NCBI RefSeq assembly: GCF_964204645.1
Contig: NW_027437432.1
Location: 62,001 to 126,000 of the forward strand
DNA from: Tubulanus polymorphus
Lineage: Eukaryota; Animalia; Nemertea
Reading direction: 5' to 3'
Length of the DNA: 64,000 nt
Shown here piece after piece: positions 63,519-64,000 of this stretch. The translations under genes were made by a program, and so were the position numbers. Numbering within the stretch: the stretch's first letter is position 1; each line of letters opens with the position of its first letter. The notes under the pieces are model-generated. The model did no database searches, was not told where the DNA came from, and saw only the letters and a program-made list of their open reading frames with translations.

Positions 63519-64000
63519 TCTAGCGATCAAGTGAATTTGTAAGTTTGTATAATGGTCAGTGGTGACCAGTGAGGTGTGGTCAGATCTATTCTCTAACAAT
63601 ACCCGCTCTGCTGTCGATGGATCCTGGTTTCGTTTGTTAGCTTTGTTTTTATCATTATAACTCGCGATTTTTGAAACAGAGCCATAAAACTATAAGTAAA
63701 TGTTGCCAATTAAGTCAATCTAAACCAAATACTTTAAGTAGACATTTGTATGAAGATAATAAATAGCCGCGTTAGGAAACAAATTCTCCACAGGGACAAA
63801 CAACAATAATGATATTGATATATTTCAGCTTCTCGGAAAATGTCATTATGAGAATTTGTTTTTGTTCATTGTCTTATTGTGAAAACACAATAATAAAAGA
63901 CACAGCAACCAGAAGCCGACAAGGTGTCGGTTCGTCGACAAGGAACTGGCTAGAAGTCGACTAGGAGCTGTTAGCCTCATCACGATGAGATCTAATCGGT

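Overview
This is a gene-dense, AT-rich animal genomic window. It is probably from a marine invertebrate or lophotrochozoan, but the species cannot be determined from the sequence. Five spliced housekeeping genes could be reconstructed exon by exon: IFRD1 (-), BRCC3 (+, divergent from IFRD1, with a U12 AT-AC intron), RRP9 (+), PM20D1 (-) and ANO10 (+, divergent from PM20D1). There are also two intronless class A GPCRs: one nested antisense in an ANO10 intron and one muscarinic/histamine-like with a D3.32E substitution. An orphan spliced type I membrane protein gene has a signal peptide, furin site, acidic Tyr cluster, TM segment and poly-Cys tract. A ~12 kb region (24.5-35 kb) has many splice signals but no continuous ORF. 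The most striking structural feature is that otherwise ~70-100 nt introns are expanded by about 25 mostly unrelated minisatellites. Several of these were visibly seeded from exon/5'-splice-site junctions, a stop codon or MITE termini. MITEs and foldback elements, tRNA-derived fragments and degenerate hammerhead-like motifs are also present. Most long ORFs in the supplied track are artefacts of tandem repeats.
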